From: an uncultured virus (IMG/VR IMGVR_UViG_3300046331_000190)
Taxonomy: Duplodnaviria > Heunggongvirae > Uroviricota > Caudoviricetes
Length of the DNA: 64,000 bases
Virus record (IMG/VR): IMGVR_UViG_3300046331_000190
Strand: one strand, 5' to 3'
Part shown: in pieces, positions 27,560 through 37,650 of the stretch
Position numbering within the stretch: position 1 is the stretch's first letter
Layout of the letters: each line of letters begins with the position of its first letter
Notes under the pieces: model-generated
The model's input: only the letters and a program-made list of their open reading frames with translations
What the model was told of the DNA's origin: nothing
The model's database searches: none
Position numbers and translations under genes: made by a program

Positions 27560-28144
27560 ATGATTATAAACCTCTGGACACCACTGATTCTTAACCGTCT
27601 AACACTGAATCAGTTTGTTTACTTAGATTTTAGACACAAGGGTATTATACCTCCCCCTGATCTTATTGATAGCCCTAATATTGACAAAGCGTTAATACTG
27701 AAAGGATTCATGACAGATAAAGGAGCTATTACCCCGTCTGGTATAAAAATAATAGATGAGTTCTATGCTCAGATTGAGCCAAAGAAGAAAGTCGTTATAA
27801 CAAGCCAGATGAAACACCCGCAGGTAGATGACCTGTTACTTGATTATCGAGACTATTTCCCAAAAGGTGCAGTATCAGGAAGAGTACTACGTACTAGCCC
27901 AACTGATTTAAAGAAACGTTTTAATGACTTCTTTAAAAAGTATCCTGATTATACCTGGGAAGAAGTGCTTGATGCTACTGAGATGTATGCAAATACGTTT
28001 AAGAGTAGTGCAAATGGACATACTTATATGAAAAACTCAACCTACTTTATAATGAAAGATGGAGTATCTGAACTAGCTTCTACTATCGAGAGTCTTCGTG
28101 ACACAGATGGTCAAGTTTTGTCATCAGGATATGTTCATGACTAG
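27560..28144 (+). CDS. Hypothetical replication-associated protein (initiator/loader candidate)
   Basis: Directly upstream of DnaB; FFKKYPDYTWEEVLDATEMY...YFIMK motif. Confidence 0.55.
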   Translation: MIINLWTPLILNRLTLNQFVYLDFRHKGIIPPPDLIDSPNIDKALILKGFMTDKGAITPSGIKIIDEFYAQIEPKKKVVITSQMKHPQVDDLLLDYRDYFPKGAVSGRVLRTSPTDLKKRFNDFFKKYPDYTWEEVLDATEMYANTFKSSANGHTYMKNSTYFIMKDGVSELASTIESLRDTDGQVLSSGYVHD

Positions 28145-28182
28145 TTGTAAATGCAGTAACTTTTTCGTATTTTTATCTTCCT

Positions 28183-29190
28183 ATGAGCTCACAACTAACA
28201 GACATTTTAGACGACGTAGTACCCTTATCGGTCATAAACCAAAAGGGCTTAGACTACATTGAGAAGCGCAAAACAGGACAGATCAAATCAGTCAAAACAC
28301 CTTGGAACACAATCAACGATGTGACCATGGGAGGATTTGAGTGGGGAACTATCTCTGTTGTTGCTGCCAGATCAGGAGGTGGTAAGACTACCTTCATGCT
28401 TGAGTTAACAAGAAGTGTTCATGACTTAAACCCAACACAGGATTTTATCGTACTTGACTTTCAGTTTGAGATGACAGACGAGAAGATTGCCTTGAGAGAG
28501 TATAGTCAGAAGACAGGCTTATCCGTAAAGGAACTTGCTAGTGCAAAGAAGAAACTTGATGACAGTGTTGTCAGCTTTCTTAAAGGTTATGTAGACTACA
28601 AGAAAGAAAAATCAGGAGGTGCTGATAAGATCTTTGTCATTACAAAGAGGTGTACTGTCTCTAATATTAGAGCATATATACTTGCCATGTGGACGAAGCA
28701 TCGTAAGCCAATGATTATCACTATTGACCATAGTTATCTTGTAATGATGGGTACTGAGAAGAGTGAGCTTGCAATGCTCCATAACCTTGGTACTATGATG
28801 ACTGAGTTAAAGAAAGCAATACCATGCTTGTTTATCGTTCTTAATCAGATGAACAGAGATATCGAGAGTAATGAGAGACGTCAACCAGGTAAGGCTGGTA
28901 ACTATCCTAATACATCAGATATCTATGGTGGTGATGCTTTGTATAACCATGCTGACTTAATGCTTGCACTAGACAGACCTTTTGAAAAGAACCTAATGAT
29001 TTACGGCCCTAATAAGTACAAAGTAGAACAAGACCACGTTGCTGTTCACGTACTAAAAGCTAGAGATGGTAAATCAGATGCTGTGTTATTCTTTAGGGGT
29101 GACTTTGCAGCTAACAAGTTTATTGAATGTCCTGAACCTGATAGAGATGTTGATGCTATCAGTACTAGAAGAAGAGTAGTAAATCCTTAA
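28183..29190 (+). CDS. DnaB-like replicative helicase (C-terminal ATPase domain only)
   Basis: AARSGGGKT, FQFEM, IDHS, LNQMNR and KARDG motifs. Confidence 0.9.
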   Translation: MSSQLTDILDDVVPLSVINQKGLDYIEKRKTGQIKSVKTPWNTINDVTMGGFEWGTISVVAARSGGGKTTFMLELTRSVHDLNPTQDFIVLDFQFEMTDEKIALREYSQKTGLSVKELASAKKKLDDSVVSFLKGYVDYKKEKSGGADKIFVITKRCTVSNIRAYILAMWTKHRKPMIITIDHSYLVMMGTEKSELAMLHNLGTMMTELKKAIPCLFIVLNQMNRDIESNERRQPGKAGNYPNTSDIYGGDALYNHADLMLALDRPFEKNLMIYGPNKYKVEQDHVAVHVLKARDGKSDAVLFFRGDFAANKFIECPEPDRDVDAISTRRRVVNP

Positions 29191-29192
29191 TA

Positions 29193-29942
29193 ATGTTAAT
29201 AAATATGATGAATCAATTAAAAGGACAGTTTAGTATACTGAACTCAGTCCCAAAAGCAGTGCCTGACTTAGGCCCGAATGTACTTGGTAAAACAAACATG
29301 ACTATCGACGAGAAGAAACAGTTGTATAGTAAGCTAACACAATTTCACAAAGATGCTTTAGCTGACTATGGTTTCCCAAACGCAAAGGTTGAGTTTAAAA
29401 CTATTTGGCATGACGCCACAACAGACCTAGATTCAGTAAATATCTATGGTAATCAGTTTAGACGTAACTTCTTCTTTGAGATCTTGAAGTCTTCAGATGA
29501 TAAGAAAGGTTATGTGGCAATGGATGAGCGCATCTTATTTACTGTAGATACAGATTGTGCTTACTGGGAACAGTATCCATTAGCAAATGTTAACGCTAAT
29601 AACTTACCAGATGCCGTAGAGAATAGATTGTATAGTGTTCCTTTAATAGATCTTATACCAGTTAATCTAACAAGATCTTCGGTATCTACTGTACAACAGT
29701 CTTGCGCAACAAGAGTACAGCATGCATATGCACCGTTACAAGATGAACCTGAACTACCAAAACAAGCATCGCTTGACTTTGAGTTAGAGCAGTTATCATC
29801 AAATGATTTCAAAGCAGAAGACCAACACTATAGTAACCTTAGTGTACTTGACTTGCTTGCAATCATTCAGTGTGAGCCAATAAGCTCAAAAGATTATCTT
29901 AATCAAGCAATAAATAAAGTAAAACAAAAAAGAAGCAAATAA
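29193..29942 (+). CDS. Hypothetical replication-module protein
   Basis: 249-aa ORF between the helicase and the ATPase. Confidence 0.6.
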   Translation: MLINMMNQLKGQFSILNSVPKAVPDLGPNVLGKTNMTIDEKKQLYSKLTQFHKDALADYGFPNAKVEFKTIWHDATTDLDSVNIYGNQFRRNFFFEILKSSDDKKGYVAMDERILFTVDTDCAYWEQYPLANVNANNLPDAVENRLYSVPLIDLIPVNLTRSSVSTVQQSCATRVQHAYAPLQDEPELPKQASLDFELEQLSSNDFKAEDQHYSNLSVLDLLAIIQCEPISSKDYLNQAINKVKQKRSK

Positions 29943-30682
29943 TGGAAGAGTTCACATTACCTATAGATAAAGTTAAAGCTGAAGTAAAGAATCCAAAGAA
30001 TCTTGTTATATTCGCAAAGCCAAAAGTTGGCAAGACTGAGTTACTAGCAGGACTACCTGATTGTCTAATCTTAGACCTTGAGAGTGGTACTGACTATGTT
30101 GATGCATTAAAGATCAAGGCAACATCTGTTAGAGACATAAAAGCCATCGGTGAGCAGATCTTAAAAGCAAATAAACCGTATAAGTACATCGCAGTAGATA
30201 CAATCACTGCACTTGAAGACATCTGTTTACCATTCGCAGAAGAGTTATATGGAAAGACTTCAATGGGAAAGAACTGGTTAACAGAAGGTAAGCCTAAGTA
30301 TACAAGCTTATTGAACTTACCAAACGGCGCGGGTTATCCGTGGTTACGTGAGGCATTCACAAAGGTTATTGATTACATCAAGACTCTTGCTCCTCACATT
30401 ATTTTAGTTGGACACGTTAAAGATACAATGTTAGAAAAGAACGGAGCAGAAGTAAATGTTCTTGACTTAGATCTAACAGGTAAGCTTAAGCGTATCACTA
30501 CATCTAACTCAGATGCTATTGGGTATCTATATCGCAAGGGAAAGCAAAACTTCCTGAGCTTTAAAACAACAGATGAAATCTCATGTGGGGCTAGACCAAC
30601 TCACTTAAGAGATGAAGAGTTTATGGTATCAGAGATGACACCAACCGGTCTGGTAACATATTGGGACCAAGTATTCATTTAA
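29942..30682 (+). CDS. AAA_24/Sak4-like ATPase (recombination)
   Basis: AKPKVGKT, LDLESG, AVDTIT, GAGY, LVGH and DAIGY motifs. Confidence 0.8.
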   Translation: MEEFTLPIDKVKAEVKNPKNLVIFAKPKVGKTELLAGLPDCLILDLESGTDYVDALKIKATSVRDIKAIGEQILKANKPYKYIAVDTITALEDICLPFAEELYGKTSMGKNWLTEGKPKYTSLLNLPNGAGYPWLREAFTKVIDYIKTLAPHIILVGHVKDTMLEKNGAEVNVLDLDLTGKLKRITTSNSDAIGYLYRKGKQNFLSFKTTDEISCGARPTHLRDEEFMVSEMTPTGLVTYWDQVFI

Positions 30683-30712
30683 TGTAAACAACAATAATAA
30701 ACAAAAACAATC

Positions 30713-31405
30713 ATGATTAGTACAAAAGATTTTGCAGCAGTAGAAGAAAAAGGAACAAAGACTAGCCCAATCGTAGGACCAGGAACAACAGAAGCACGTA
30801 TCCTTAATGTTCAGTTAACAAAGAACCGTAGTTTTGATACTGATGGTTCAGTTGCTTTAGTGTTAAACATTGAAACTCCAGCAGTAACAGATCCAAACTT
30901 CCAAGGTTTCTTTATTAACCCTAACGATCCTTCAAGCCCTCGTCACTTAGGTCAGATAGGTCGCATCAAGTACAAAGCTTACCCAATGAAGGATAGCACT
31001 GTTACTCGTAATATGCCAGATGGTACTACAAAGACTATCAATAATAAGCGTGACAATGAGTATTTACAAGCAGTTATCAACTTAGCAAACACTTTAGGTG
31101 CTCCTATTAGAGAAGCTGTTGATAATATTGCAGCATCTACTATCTTTGATCACGTTGATGCAGTATCAAAGATCTTTGCTAACCGTTCAATGGTATTCAC
31201 TATTGCAGCAAGCGGATACAAGAATGCAAAAGGTTATACTGCATATGACTTGTTCTTACCGTATGATAAGACAGGAAAGAAAGCTTATGTGTTAAAGGGT
31301 AATGAAGCTGATCTTATTGCTTTTGATAAGTCACTACATGTTAGTGAACCAAAAGAAGATAAGCAGGTTGCAGGTTTCGAACCAAACAACGATTTCAGCT
31401 TATAA
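30713..31405 (+). CDS. Putative ssDNA-binding protein
   Basis: Follows the Sak4-like ATPase; acidic/aromatic C-terminal tail (NNDFSL); terminator downstream. Confidence 0.45.
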   Translation: MISTKDFAAVEEKGTKTSPIVGPGTTEARILNVQLTKNRSFDTDGSVALVLNIETPAVTDPNFQGFFINPNDPSSPRHLGQIGRIKYKAYPMKDSTVTRNMPDGTTKTINNKRDNEYLQAVINLANTLGAPIREAVDNIAASTIFDHVDAVSKIFANRSMVFTIAASGYKNAKGYTAYDLFLPYDKTGKKAYVLKGNEADLIAFDKSLHVSEPKEDKQVAGFEPNNDFSL

Positions 31406-31426
31406 TATTAGTGGTTAGGTGATGTA

Positions 31427-31463
31427 AGAAAGGGTGGGGATTTTATCTCTGCCCTTCTTTTTT
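31427..31463 (+). terminator. Intrinsic terminator
   Basis: AAGGGTGGGGA-TTTTA-TCTCTGCCCTT stem followed by CTTTTTT. Confidence 0.8.
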
Positions 31464-31484
31464 CTCCTTTAATTACAACAGGTT

Positions 31485-32495
31485 ATGCTAAGTACAAAAA
31501 ACTTAATCTCAGATGTCAAGCTCGTACCATCAACATGGATATTCGAGCACTATTGCAAGCTTCCTGATAAGCTTGTTGGTCAAGATCTTAAGGTAAAGAG
31601 TCTTTTCAATCCAAAGGAACGTACACCAAGTATGTGTATCTACTTTGATCAGAAGAAAAGTATCTATAAGTTTAAGGACTTCTCAACAGATACAGGCGGA
31701 GGAGCTATTGATTTAGTAAAGCATTTGTACCAGTGTAGCTTTGGACAGGCAAGCGGAACTATTATTGAAGATTACAATGAGTTTATCTTACATAATAATG
31801 GAGGCTTTGATGTTCAAGAGTTTAAAAGCTATAGTAAATACCGTGTTAAAGATACAACTACACGGCCCTGGACAACAGCAGATCAATACTACTGGACTAA
31901 GTTTAACATAGGCAGTAGATTACTTGATGAGCATAATGTTAGGCCCTTACAATCCTACATTATGGCTAAAGAAGAAGACGGTCAAAACAAAGAGCTTGAG
32001 ATATTAGGCAAGCATTTGTATGGCTACTTTACAAGTGACAGTCAGGTATACAAGATATACCAACCCACTGTAAAGGATAAGAAGTTTATTAAGGTTGCGA
32101 ACTATATACAAGGTTCAGAGCAACTAAAAGGACATGATTACTTAGTTATTACCTCTAGTCTTAAAGACTTGATGGCATTAAAATCATTAAAGCTTAGTGT
32201 CGATGTGATTGCACCAGACTCTGAGAACACAATGATAAAGCAAGAAGTCATTGATAAGTATAAGAATCAATATAAGAAGATTATTACTATCTTTGACAAC
32301 GATGAGGCAGGACTTCGGGCAATGAAGAAGTATCAAGAGCACTATGATATACCTTATGTTCATTTAAAGATGAGCAAAGATTTAGCTGATGCTATTAGAG
32401 ACTTTGGACCTAGAGAAGTAATGATCAATTTAGTCCCTTTAATAACAAAACACGTAGTAGATAATGAGTCAAACAACTTGGATGCACAAGCGTAA
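31485..32495 (+). CDS. DNA primase (TOPRIM)
   Basis: N-terminal ERTPS...FKDFS region; SSLKD; APDSE; FDNDEAG; SKDLAD. Confidence 0.85.
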   Translation: MLSTKNLISDVKLVPSTWIFEHYCKLPDKLVGQDLKVKSLFNPKERTPSMCIYFDQKKSIYKFKDFSTDTGGGAIDLVKHLYQCSFGQASGTIIEDYNEFILHNNGGFDVQEFKSYSKYRVKDTTTRPWTTADQYYWTKFNIGSRLLDEHNVRPLQSYIMAKEEDGQNKELEILGKHLYGYFTSDSQVYKIYQPTVKDKKFIKVANYIQGSEQLKGHDYLVITSSLKDLMALKSLKLSVDVIAPDSENTMIKQEVIDKYKNQYKKIITIFDNDEAGLRAMKKYQEHYDIPYVHLKMSKDLADAIRDFGPREVMINLVPLITKHVVDNESNNLDAQA

Positions 32496-32907
32496 AGCTA
32501 TCACTTCTCTTGATAAGCTTCCTAATTACCATGAACTAGAAGGATTCGTCTATAAGATCACTAATCTAACAACAGGTCAGATCTATATAGGTAAGAAGTC
32601 TTTGTACCATACAAAGAAGAAGAAAATCTCAGCTCGTAGTAAAGCAGAAACAAAAACGAGAAAGACATTCGAGTATATAAAGAAAGAGTCTGACTGGTTA
32701 AAGTATTATGGATCAAGCAAAGAACTATCAGCAGATGTTAAGTTACTCGGAGTTGAGCACTTCTCAAGAGAAATCTTAGAGCTATGCAAAACAAAGAAGT
32801 ACTTGACATATGCTGAGTTTGCTTGGCAAGTTAAGTTAGACGTATTAAGAACTAACTCCTATAACGGAAACATACTAGGTAAATGGTATGGTCGTGATAT
32901 GGAATAA
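32464..32907 (+). CDS. GIY-YIG endonuclease (Seg-like)
   Basis: GFVYKITN...YIGKK, YYGSS, FSREIL and YNGNI motifs. Confidence 0.8.
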   Translation: MSQTTWMHKRKAITSLDKLPNYHELEGFVYKITNLTTGQIYIGKKSLYHTKKKKISARSKAETKTRKTFEYIKKESDWLKYYGSSKELSADVKLLGVEHFSREILELCKTKKYLTYAEFAWQVKLDVLRTNSYNGNILGKWYGRDME

Positions 32908-32918
32908 ACAGAATTATT

Positions 32919-33263
32919 ATGGCACAACTACATGAGACACTGATGGGTCAAAAGCTGATATCAACAAATATACCAGGTATCCATCATGAGTTAAAACGCA
33001 TAGCAGACTTATTAGAAAGTTATGTTGTAATGCAGACAAAAAAACTAAGACCTAGTGACAACAGAAGTATTGTTCTTGTAAAACCAGGTATATACAGAGT
33101 AACTCTCTGTGGAGATTTATGGACACTAGAACAAGATAGGTTCAACTCAAAAATATGGCGAGGTGTATTAGAAACTAGTGTAGGTTCAAAGAAAGTTGGT
33201 ACATCAGTAAAAGCACAAACAAAAAGAGATGCTCTTATAATGATGGAAGAAAAATACAGTTAA
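32919..33263 (+). CDS. Hypothetical protein
   Basis: 114-aa ORF. Confidence 0.6.
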   Translation: MAQLHETLMGQKLISTNIPGIHHELKRIADLLESYVVMQTKKLRPSDNRSIVLVKPGIYRVTLCGDLWTLEQDRFNSKIWRGVLETSVGSKKVGTSVKAQTKRDALIMMEEKYS

Positions 33264-33264
33264 T

Positions 33265-33438
33265 ATGGAAGACCCAATTATTGAAGCTGTTATAGAACAG
33301 ATGAAGGAAGACTTTGCGATGCAGGATGTAACAGCTATCTATGAGCTACTTGAGTACCTTCCAAAGAAAAATCTATTAGGCTATCTACCAGAAGAGGTAG
33401 CAGAACAACTTAAACAACAAAAACATGGCGGACAATAA
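33265..33438 (+). CDS. Unannotated 57-aa protein (MEDPIIEAVIEQ...)
   Basis: Manual translation; fills the gap in the operon. Confidence 0.6.
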   Translation: MEDPIIEAVIEQMKEDFAMQDVTAIYELLEYLPKKNLLGYLPEEVAEQLKQQKHGGQ

Positions 33439-33604
33439 AAACATTGAAGAAGCTTGCGTTGATTTGATTGGCTTTCTTGAAAGAATAGAGTCAACAACAA
33501 ATGACAAGATTACAGGTGCTGAGATACGTAACTATATGTATCAGCAAGGATACTGGTCAAAACAAGAAGAGCATGATCACAACAATGAATCAACTGGCAT
33601 CTAA
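33425..33604 (+). CDS. Unannotated 59-aa protein (MADNKNIEEAC...)
   Basis: Manual translation; stop lies 1 nt before the nuclease ATG. Confidence 0.55.
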   Translation: MADNKNIEEACVDLIGFLERIESTTNDKITGAEIRNYMYQQGYWSKQEEHDHNNESTGI

Positions 33605-33605
33605 T

Positions 33606-34604
33606 ATGGAAGAGCAAATGTTAATGAATAGCTTCTATGAGAAGCCTTTTCAGTTTAGTTACAGTAGTCTTAGCAGATTACTATGGAGTCCAAAGTCTTT
33701 TAAGGACGTATATATCAATGGTATAAGAGAAGAGATTGTTGCTGATCACCTTATCAAGGGTAAGCTTATACATAATCTGATCTTAGAACCGGATAGCATT
33801 ACAAAGAACTATATCGTAATGCCTACTGAGTTACCTGCTGCAAAAGCAAAGATGGTTATCGATAGAGTGTTTGCACATAAGCAACAGTTACAAGATGATT
33901 CAAGAGAAGAGCTTGATCAGTTTGGTGGAGCTATCTTAGATATCATGGCTGACATGAACTACTTTCAGAACTTAAAGACTGATGCTCAACGTCTTGATAA
34001 GATAATAACACTTGACCATCAAGTATACTGGTCTTTCTTAAAGATGAAGAAGGGCAAAGATCTAATCGATCAAGATACTCTAACATTCTGTACAGAAGCG
34101 GTTAATACTATCAAGAGTCATGCAGATATCTGTGATCTACTAGGCTTACACTTAGATAGCATGTCTGGTAATATTGAGACAGTAAACGAAAAGATGTTCT
34201 ATATCGATAAGTTTAAAGACTATCCGTTTGGACTTAAAGGTATTATTGACAACTTAGTTATCGATCACAATAAGAAGATCATCTATATCAATGACTTAAA
34301 GACTACATCAAAGGATCTTATTAACTTTGATGGATCTATCGAGCATTATGATTACTGGATGCAAGCTGCTATCTATGTTCAGTTAGTTAATGAAAACTAT
34401 GCTCATCTTATTGGATACACTATTGAGTTTAACTTCGTAGCTATCGATAAAAACTACTGCACATATGCCTTTGGTGTATCTGCTGAGAGTATTATTGCAT
34501 GGACTGAACGAATGATGGATACTTTAAACAAAGCTAAGTGGCATTACGAAGAAAGAAACTACTATCTTCCGTTTGAACTTGCTAGTAAAAAAGTATATTT
34601 GTAG
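33606..34604 (+). CDS. PD-(D/E)XK exonuclease (RecB/ExoVIII-like)
   Basis: FSYSSL, GKLIH, LKGIID, INDLKTT and YWMQAAIY motifs; likely start ATG 33606. Confidence 0.85.
   Translation: MEEQMLMNSFYEKPFQFSYSSLSRLLWSPKSFKDVYINGIREEIVADHLIKGKLIHNLILEPDSITKNYIVMPTELPAAKAKMVIDRVFAHKQQLQDDSREELDQFGGAILDIMADMNYFQNLKTDAQRLDKIITLDHQVYWSFLKMKKGKDLIDQDTLTFCTEAVNTIKSHADICDLLGLHLDSMSGNIETVNEKMFYIDKFKDYPFGLKGIIDNLVIDHNKKIIYINDLKTTSKDLINFDGSIEHYDYWMQAAIYVQLVNENYAHLIGYTIEFNFVAIDKNYCTYAFGVSAESIIAWTERMMDTLNKAKWHYEERNYYLPFELASKKVYL
34572..34601 (+). promoter_or_regulatory. Bacteroidota-type promoter
   Basis: TTTG (34572-75), 18-nt spacer, TATATTTG (34594-601). Confidence 0.6.
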
Positions 34605-34621
34605 TATAAAACCAACATACA

Positions 34622-35197
34622 ATGATAGACGCACACAAGATACCATCGTTATATAGCAGATACTTTCAGAAGTCAAAGACATTTTTATTACCGTTTGTTC
34701 TTACAGATCGTAAGTCAATGACTCAACCTGAGAATGTATATATAGCATGGAAAGATAGATATGCTGTAAAAGATAAGCGTTTGATTGTTGTTTACAAAGC
34801 AGGGAATAAATCCGCTGCGTTCAAGAAGGCGGAGGCTGTACTAACAGCTTCCCCTTTATTTGAATCAAGAGAAGAGTACAACGATAGGATTATCTTTATC
34901 TTTAACTTTACAAAGAAGAGAAGAGACTGGAAGTGCTTTATCGATGGTAAATATTCTATGCTTGATGAGGATGCTAAACTAGATATCCTTTACTTCTTTA
35001 GAAAAGAACCAAAAGAGTGCACATACATTAACTCATACTTATACCCTGAATACCACTTTGATCACTACGCAAGTTTACTTGATGTTGATGTTAGAGTACT
35101 TATTGATATAGGTGAGTTATGTGATAAGTATGATCAAGACAAAGAAACATTAACATTAGTTACTGCAGATTTGGAGATCTTAGAAAAAGCTGTTTAA
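34622..35197 (+). CDS. Hypothetical phage protein
   Basis: 191 aa; YFQKSKTFL, FIDGKYS and IGELCD motifs. Confidence 0.65.
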   Translation: MIDAHKIPSLYSRYFQKSKTFLLPFVLTDRKSMTQPENVYIAWKDRYAVKDKRLIVVYKAGNKSAAFKKAEAVLTASPLFESREEYNDRIIFIFNFTKKRRDWKCFIDGKYSMLDEDAKLDILYFFRKEPKECTYINSYLYPEYHFDHYASLLDVDVRVLIDIGELCDKYDQDKETLTLVTADLEILEKAV

Positions 35198-35219
35198 TTT
35201 GTAAAAACCAACCAACATT

Positions 35220-35600
35220 ATGGCAAATAATATGTTTATCATCTCCTCTAAGTGGGGAGAACTTGATAGTTTTCGTATGATTCCTATCAACATGGAGTGT
35301 CCTTTCGCAGAATGTATCTATGATCCTTCTCAAGGTATCTTAGCTGTCATCTCAAAAGAGAAAAGACAAAAGTATCACTTCTTACCTAAGTTAGATGACC
35401 GCGGTAAAGTTATACCAGTAAAGAAAAAAGCAGGAGATCCAGAAGAGTTTACTCCTTTTGCTGAAGAAAGACGTTTGATGGAATCATCTTACGAGTATTA
35501 CATTGATAATGCAGATGAGATAGTAAACTTTGTTGACTTAATGCGCAGCAAAGATCAACCAATAAGTTTTGATTATAGAGGTTTGATAGTAAAGAAATAG
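35220..35600 (+). CDS. Hypothetical phage protein
   Basis: 126 aa; CPFAECIYDP...PKLDDRG. Confidence 0.65.
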   Translation: MANNMFIISSKWGELDSFRMIPINMECPFAECIYDPSQGILAVISKEKRQKYHFLPKLDDRGKVIPVKKKAGDPEEFTPFAEERRLMESSYEYYIDNADEIVNFVDLMRSKDQPISFDYRGLIVKK

Positions 35601-35619
35601 TTTAAGTCCAAAATGTACT

Positions 35620-35650
35620 AATGGGAGAGGTTTTGCTTCTCCCATTTTTT
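35620..35650 (+). terminator. Intrinsic terminator
   Basis: AATGGGAGAG...CTTCTCCCATT stem followed by TTTT. Confidence 0.8.
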
Positions 35651-35693
35651 ATGCACTATACACGGGGAAACAGCTTAACTGAATGTTTGCATA

Positions 35694-37640
35694 ATGAAAA
35701 CTAAAGCACACTGGGTGATGGACTACGAGACAATCTGTAATTGTTTCATCGCAGTCTTCATCCATTACAAGAATGACAAGGTGCGTAAGTACTTTGTGGT
35801 ATCAGAATTCAGAGATGACTTTGATGCTTACGTTAACTTTCTTAAAGAAAACGTTAAAAATAAAGAGTATCATATATCATATAACGGTCTAGGCTTTGAC
35901 AGTCAGATCACACAATACGTTCTTGAGAATCATCAAGAGTGGAAAGGTCTCTCACCTTTAGTTATTGCTCGTATAATCTATGGTTATGCTCAGACAGTAA
36001 TCAATAAGCAAGAGTTAAAAGAGATGCTTGACTATGCACCATACAAGTTGTCTATCAAGCAGATCGATGTATTCAAGCTTAACCACTGGGATAATCCTGC
36101 AAAGATGAGTAGTCTTAAGTGGATTCAGTATAGTATGGATTGGTTCAGTGTACTTGAGATGCCACATCATCACAATGATCCTATAACATCAGAGGAAACT
36201 CAACGAATGGTATTAGACTATTGTGTCAATGATGTTGAGAGTACGCGTAACATCATGGAGATAAGTAAAGAACAGATTAATCTACGTCTTAGCTTAAGCA
36301 AAGAGTACAAGATTGATTTACTATCTGCATCTGAGCCACGCATATCGAAAGAGTTGTTTGCATACTTCTTAACAAATAAGTTAGGCATCGAAAAAAGCGT
36401 GCTTAAAAAACTACGCACGCCAAGAAAACAAATTATACTAGAGGACTGTATACTGCCTTATATTAGCTTTAAAACACCTGAGTTTAACAATCTACTTAAC
36501 TTCTTTAAAAGCAAAGTTGTAGTGGAAACAAAAGGGGCTTTAGATTATAAGGTTACCTACAAAGGAGTTGATAGCTACTATGGTCTTGGCGGTATCCATG
36601 GTGCAACAAAAGCTGGTATCTATGAAGCAAAACCAGGATGGACTATTATGTCAAGTGACGTAACATCTTTCTATCCTAACCTTGCTATTAGAAACGGTTT
36701 TGCACCAGCACATCTCCCAAAAAAAGATTTCTTAGAGTTGTATGAGTGGTTTTTTGAAGAAAGAAAGAAGATACCAAAGTCAGACCCAAAGAACTATGTA
36801 TACAAGATTATCTTAAACTCTACTTATGGTTTGAGTAATGATGAGAATAGTTTCTTGTATGATCCACAGATGACCATGCAGATTACTGTAAACGGTCAAC
36901 TACAACTATCGATGTTGTATGAGATGTTAGCAGAAGCAATACCTGATTGTCAACCATTAATGCAAAACACAGATGGTCTTGAGATGATGATTCCTGAAAA
37001 GTATGTTGACATTTATATGTTTGTATGTGCTGAATGGGAAAAAAAGACAATGCTTCAGCTTGAACATGATGAGTACAAGAAGATGATTATTGGTGATGTA
37101 AACAACTACATTGCCATGTACAAGAAAGAAGGTAAGACACCAAAGTGCAAAGGTCGTTTTGAATGGGAAGCATTAAGTTCAAAGAGTGCATCAACGTTGC
37201 ACAAGAACAAAAGCTTTCTTGTAATACCAAAAGGTATCTATGAGTACTTTGTTAATGGAGTTAAGCCTGAAGATTATGTTCGTAATCATACCAACTTCTT
37301 AGACTTCTGTGGTGGAGCTAAAGCAAAGGGTAAGTGGTTCTTTGAAAAGTATAGTATTGTTGATGGTGAAGAGAAGTTTGAAAAGCTTCAGAAGATTATC
37401 AGATACTATGTTAGTACAAAAGGATCTAAGATTGTAAAGAAAGAGCCAGTATCTGGTAGAGCTATCCAAGTTCTTGCTGATAGATGGTTACTGACTGAAA
37501 TGAATCTTATTGACGATGACACTGAGACACCAGATGACATCAACTATCAGTTCTATATTGATAGTATTAACAAAGAGATAGAGAATATCTCAAACATAAA
37601 GCAGTCTAATACAGGACAGCTTGAACTATTCGGTTTTTAA
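35694..37640 (+). CDS. Family B DNA polymerase with 3'-5' exonuclease
   Basis: Exo motifs DYET, YNGLGFD, YCVND; Pol motifs DVTSFYPN, KIILNSTYG, NTDG. Confidence 0.92.
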   Translation: MKTKAHWVMDYETICNCFIAVFIHYKNDKVRKYFVVSEFRDDFDAYVNFLKENVKNKEYHISYNGLGFDSQITQYVLENHQEWKGLSPLVIARIIYGYAQTVINKQELKEMLDYAPYKLSIKQIDVFKLNHWDNPAKMSSLKWIQYSMDWFSVLEMPHHHNDPITSEETQRMVLDYCVNDVESTRNIMEISKEQINLRLSLSKEYKIDLLSASEPRISKELFAYFLTNKLGIEKSVLKKLRTPRKQIILEDCILPYISFKTPEFNNLLNFFKSKVVVETKGALDYKVTYKGVDSYYGLGGIHGATKAGIYEAKPGWTIMSSDVTSFYPNLAIRNGFAPAHLPKKDFLELYEWFFEERKKIPKSDPKNYVYKIILNSTYGLSNDENSFLYDPQMTMQITVNGQLQLSMLYEMLAEAIPDCQPLMQNTDGLEMMIPEKYVDIYMFVCAEWEKKTMLQLEHDEYKKMIIGDVNNYIAMYKKEGKTPKCKGRFEWEALSSKSASTLHKNKSFLVIPKGIYEYFVNGVKPEDYVRNHTNFLDFCGGAKAKGKWFFEKYSIVDGEEKFEKLQKIIRYYVSTKGSKIVKKEPVSGRAIQVLADRWLLTEMNLIDDDTETPDDINYQFYIDSINKEIENISNIKQSNTGQLELFGF

Positions 37641-37650
37641 TAATATAATT

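Noticed and set aside
32464..32907. GIY-YIG gene as part of a group I intron
   Set aside because: The flanking primase looks complete and no interrupted gene or intron core is evident; treated as free-standing
35170..35201. Host-type promoter before the 35220 gene
   Set aside because: TTTG is present but the -7 box reads TTAATTTG, not TAnnTTTG; too weak to call
35694..37640. Intein or intron in PolB; uracil-substituted genome
   Set aside because: PolB motifs are contiguous at normal length; Ung and dUTPase argue for ordinary thymine DNA
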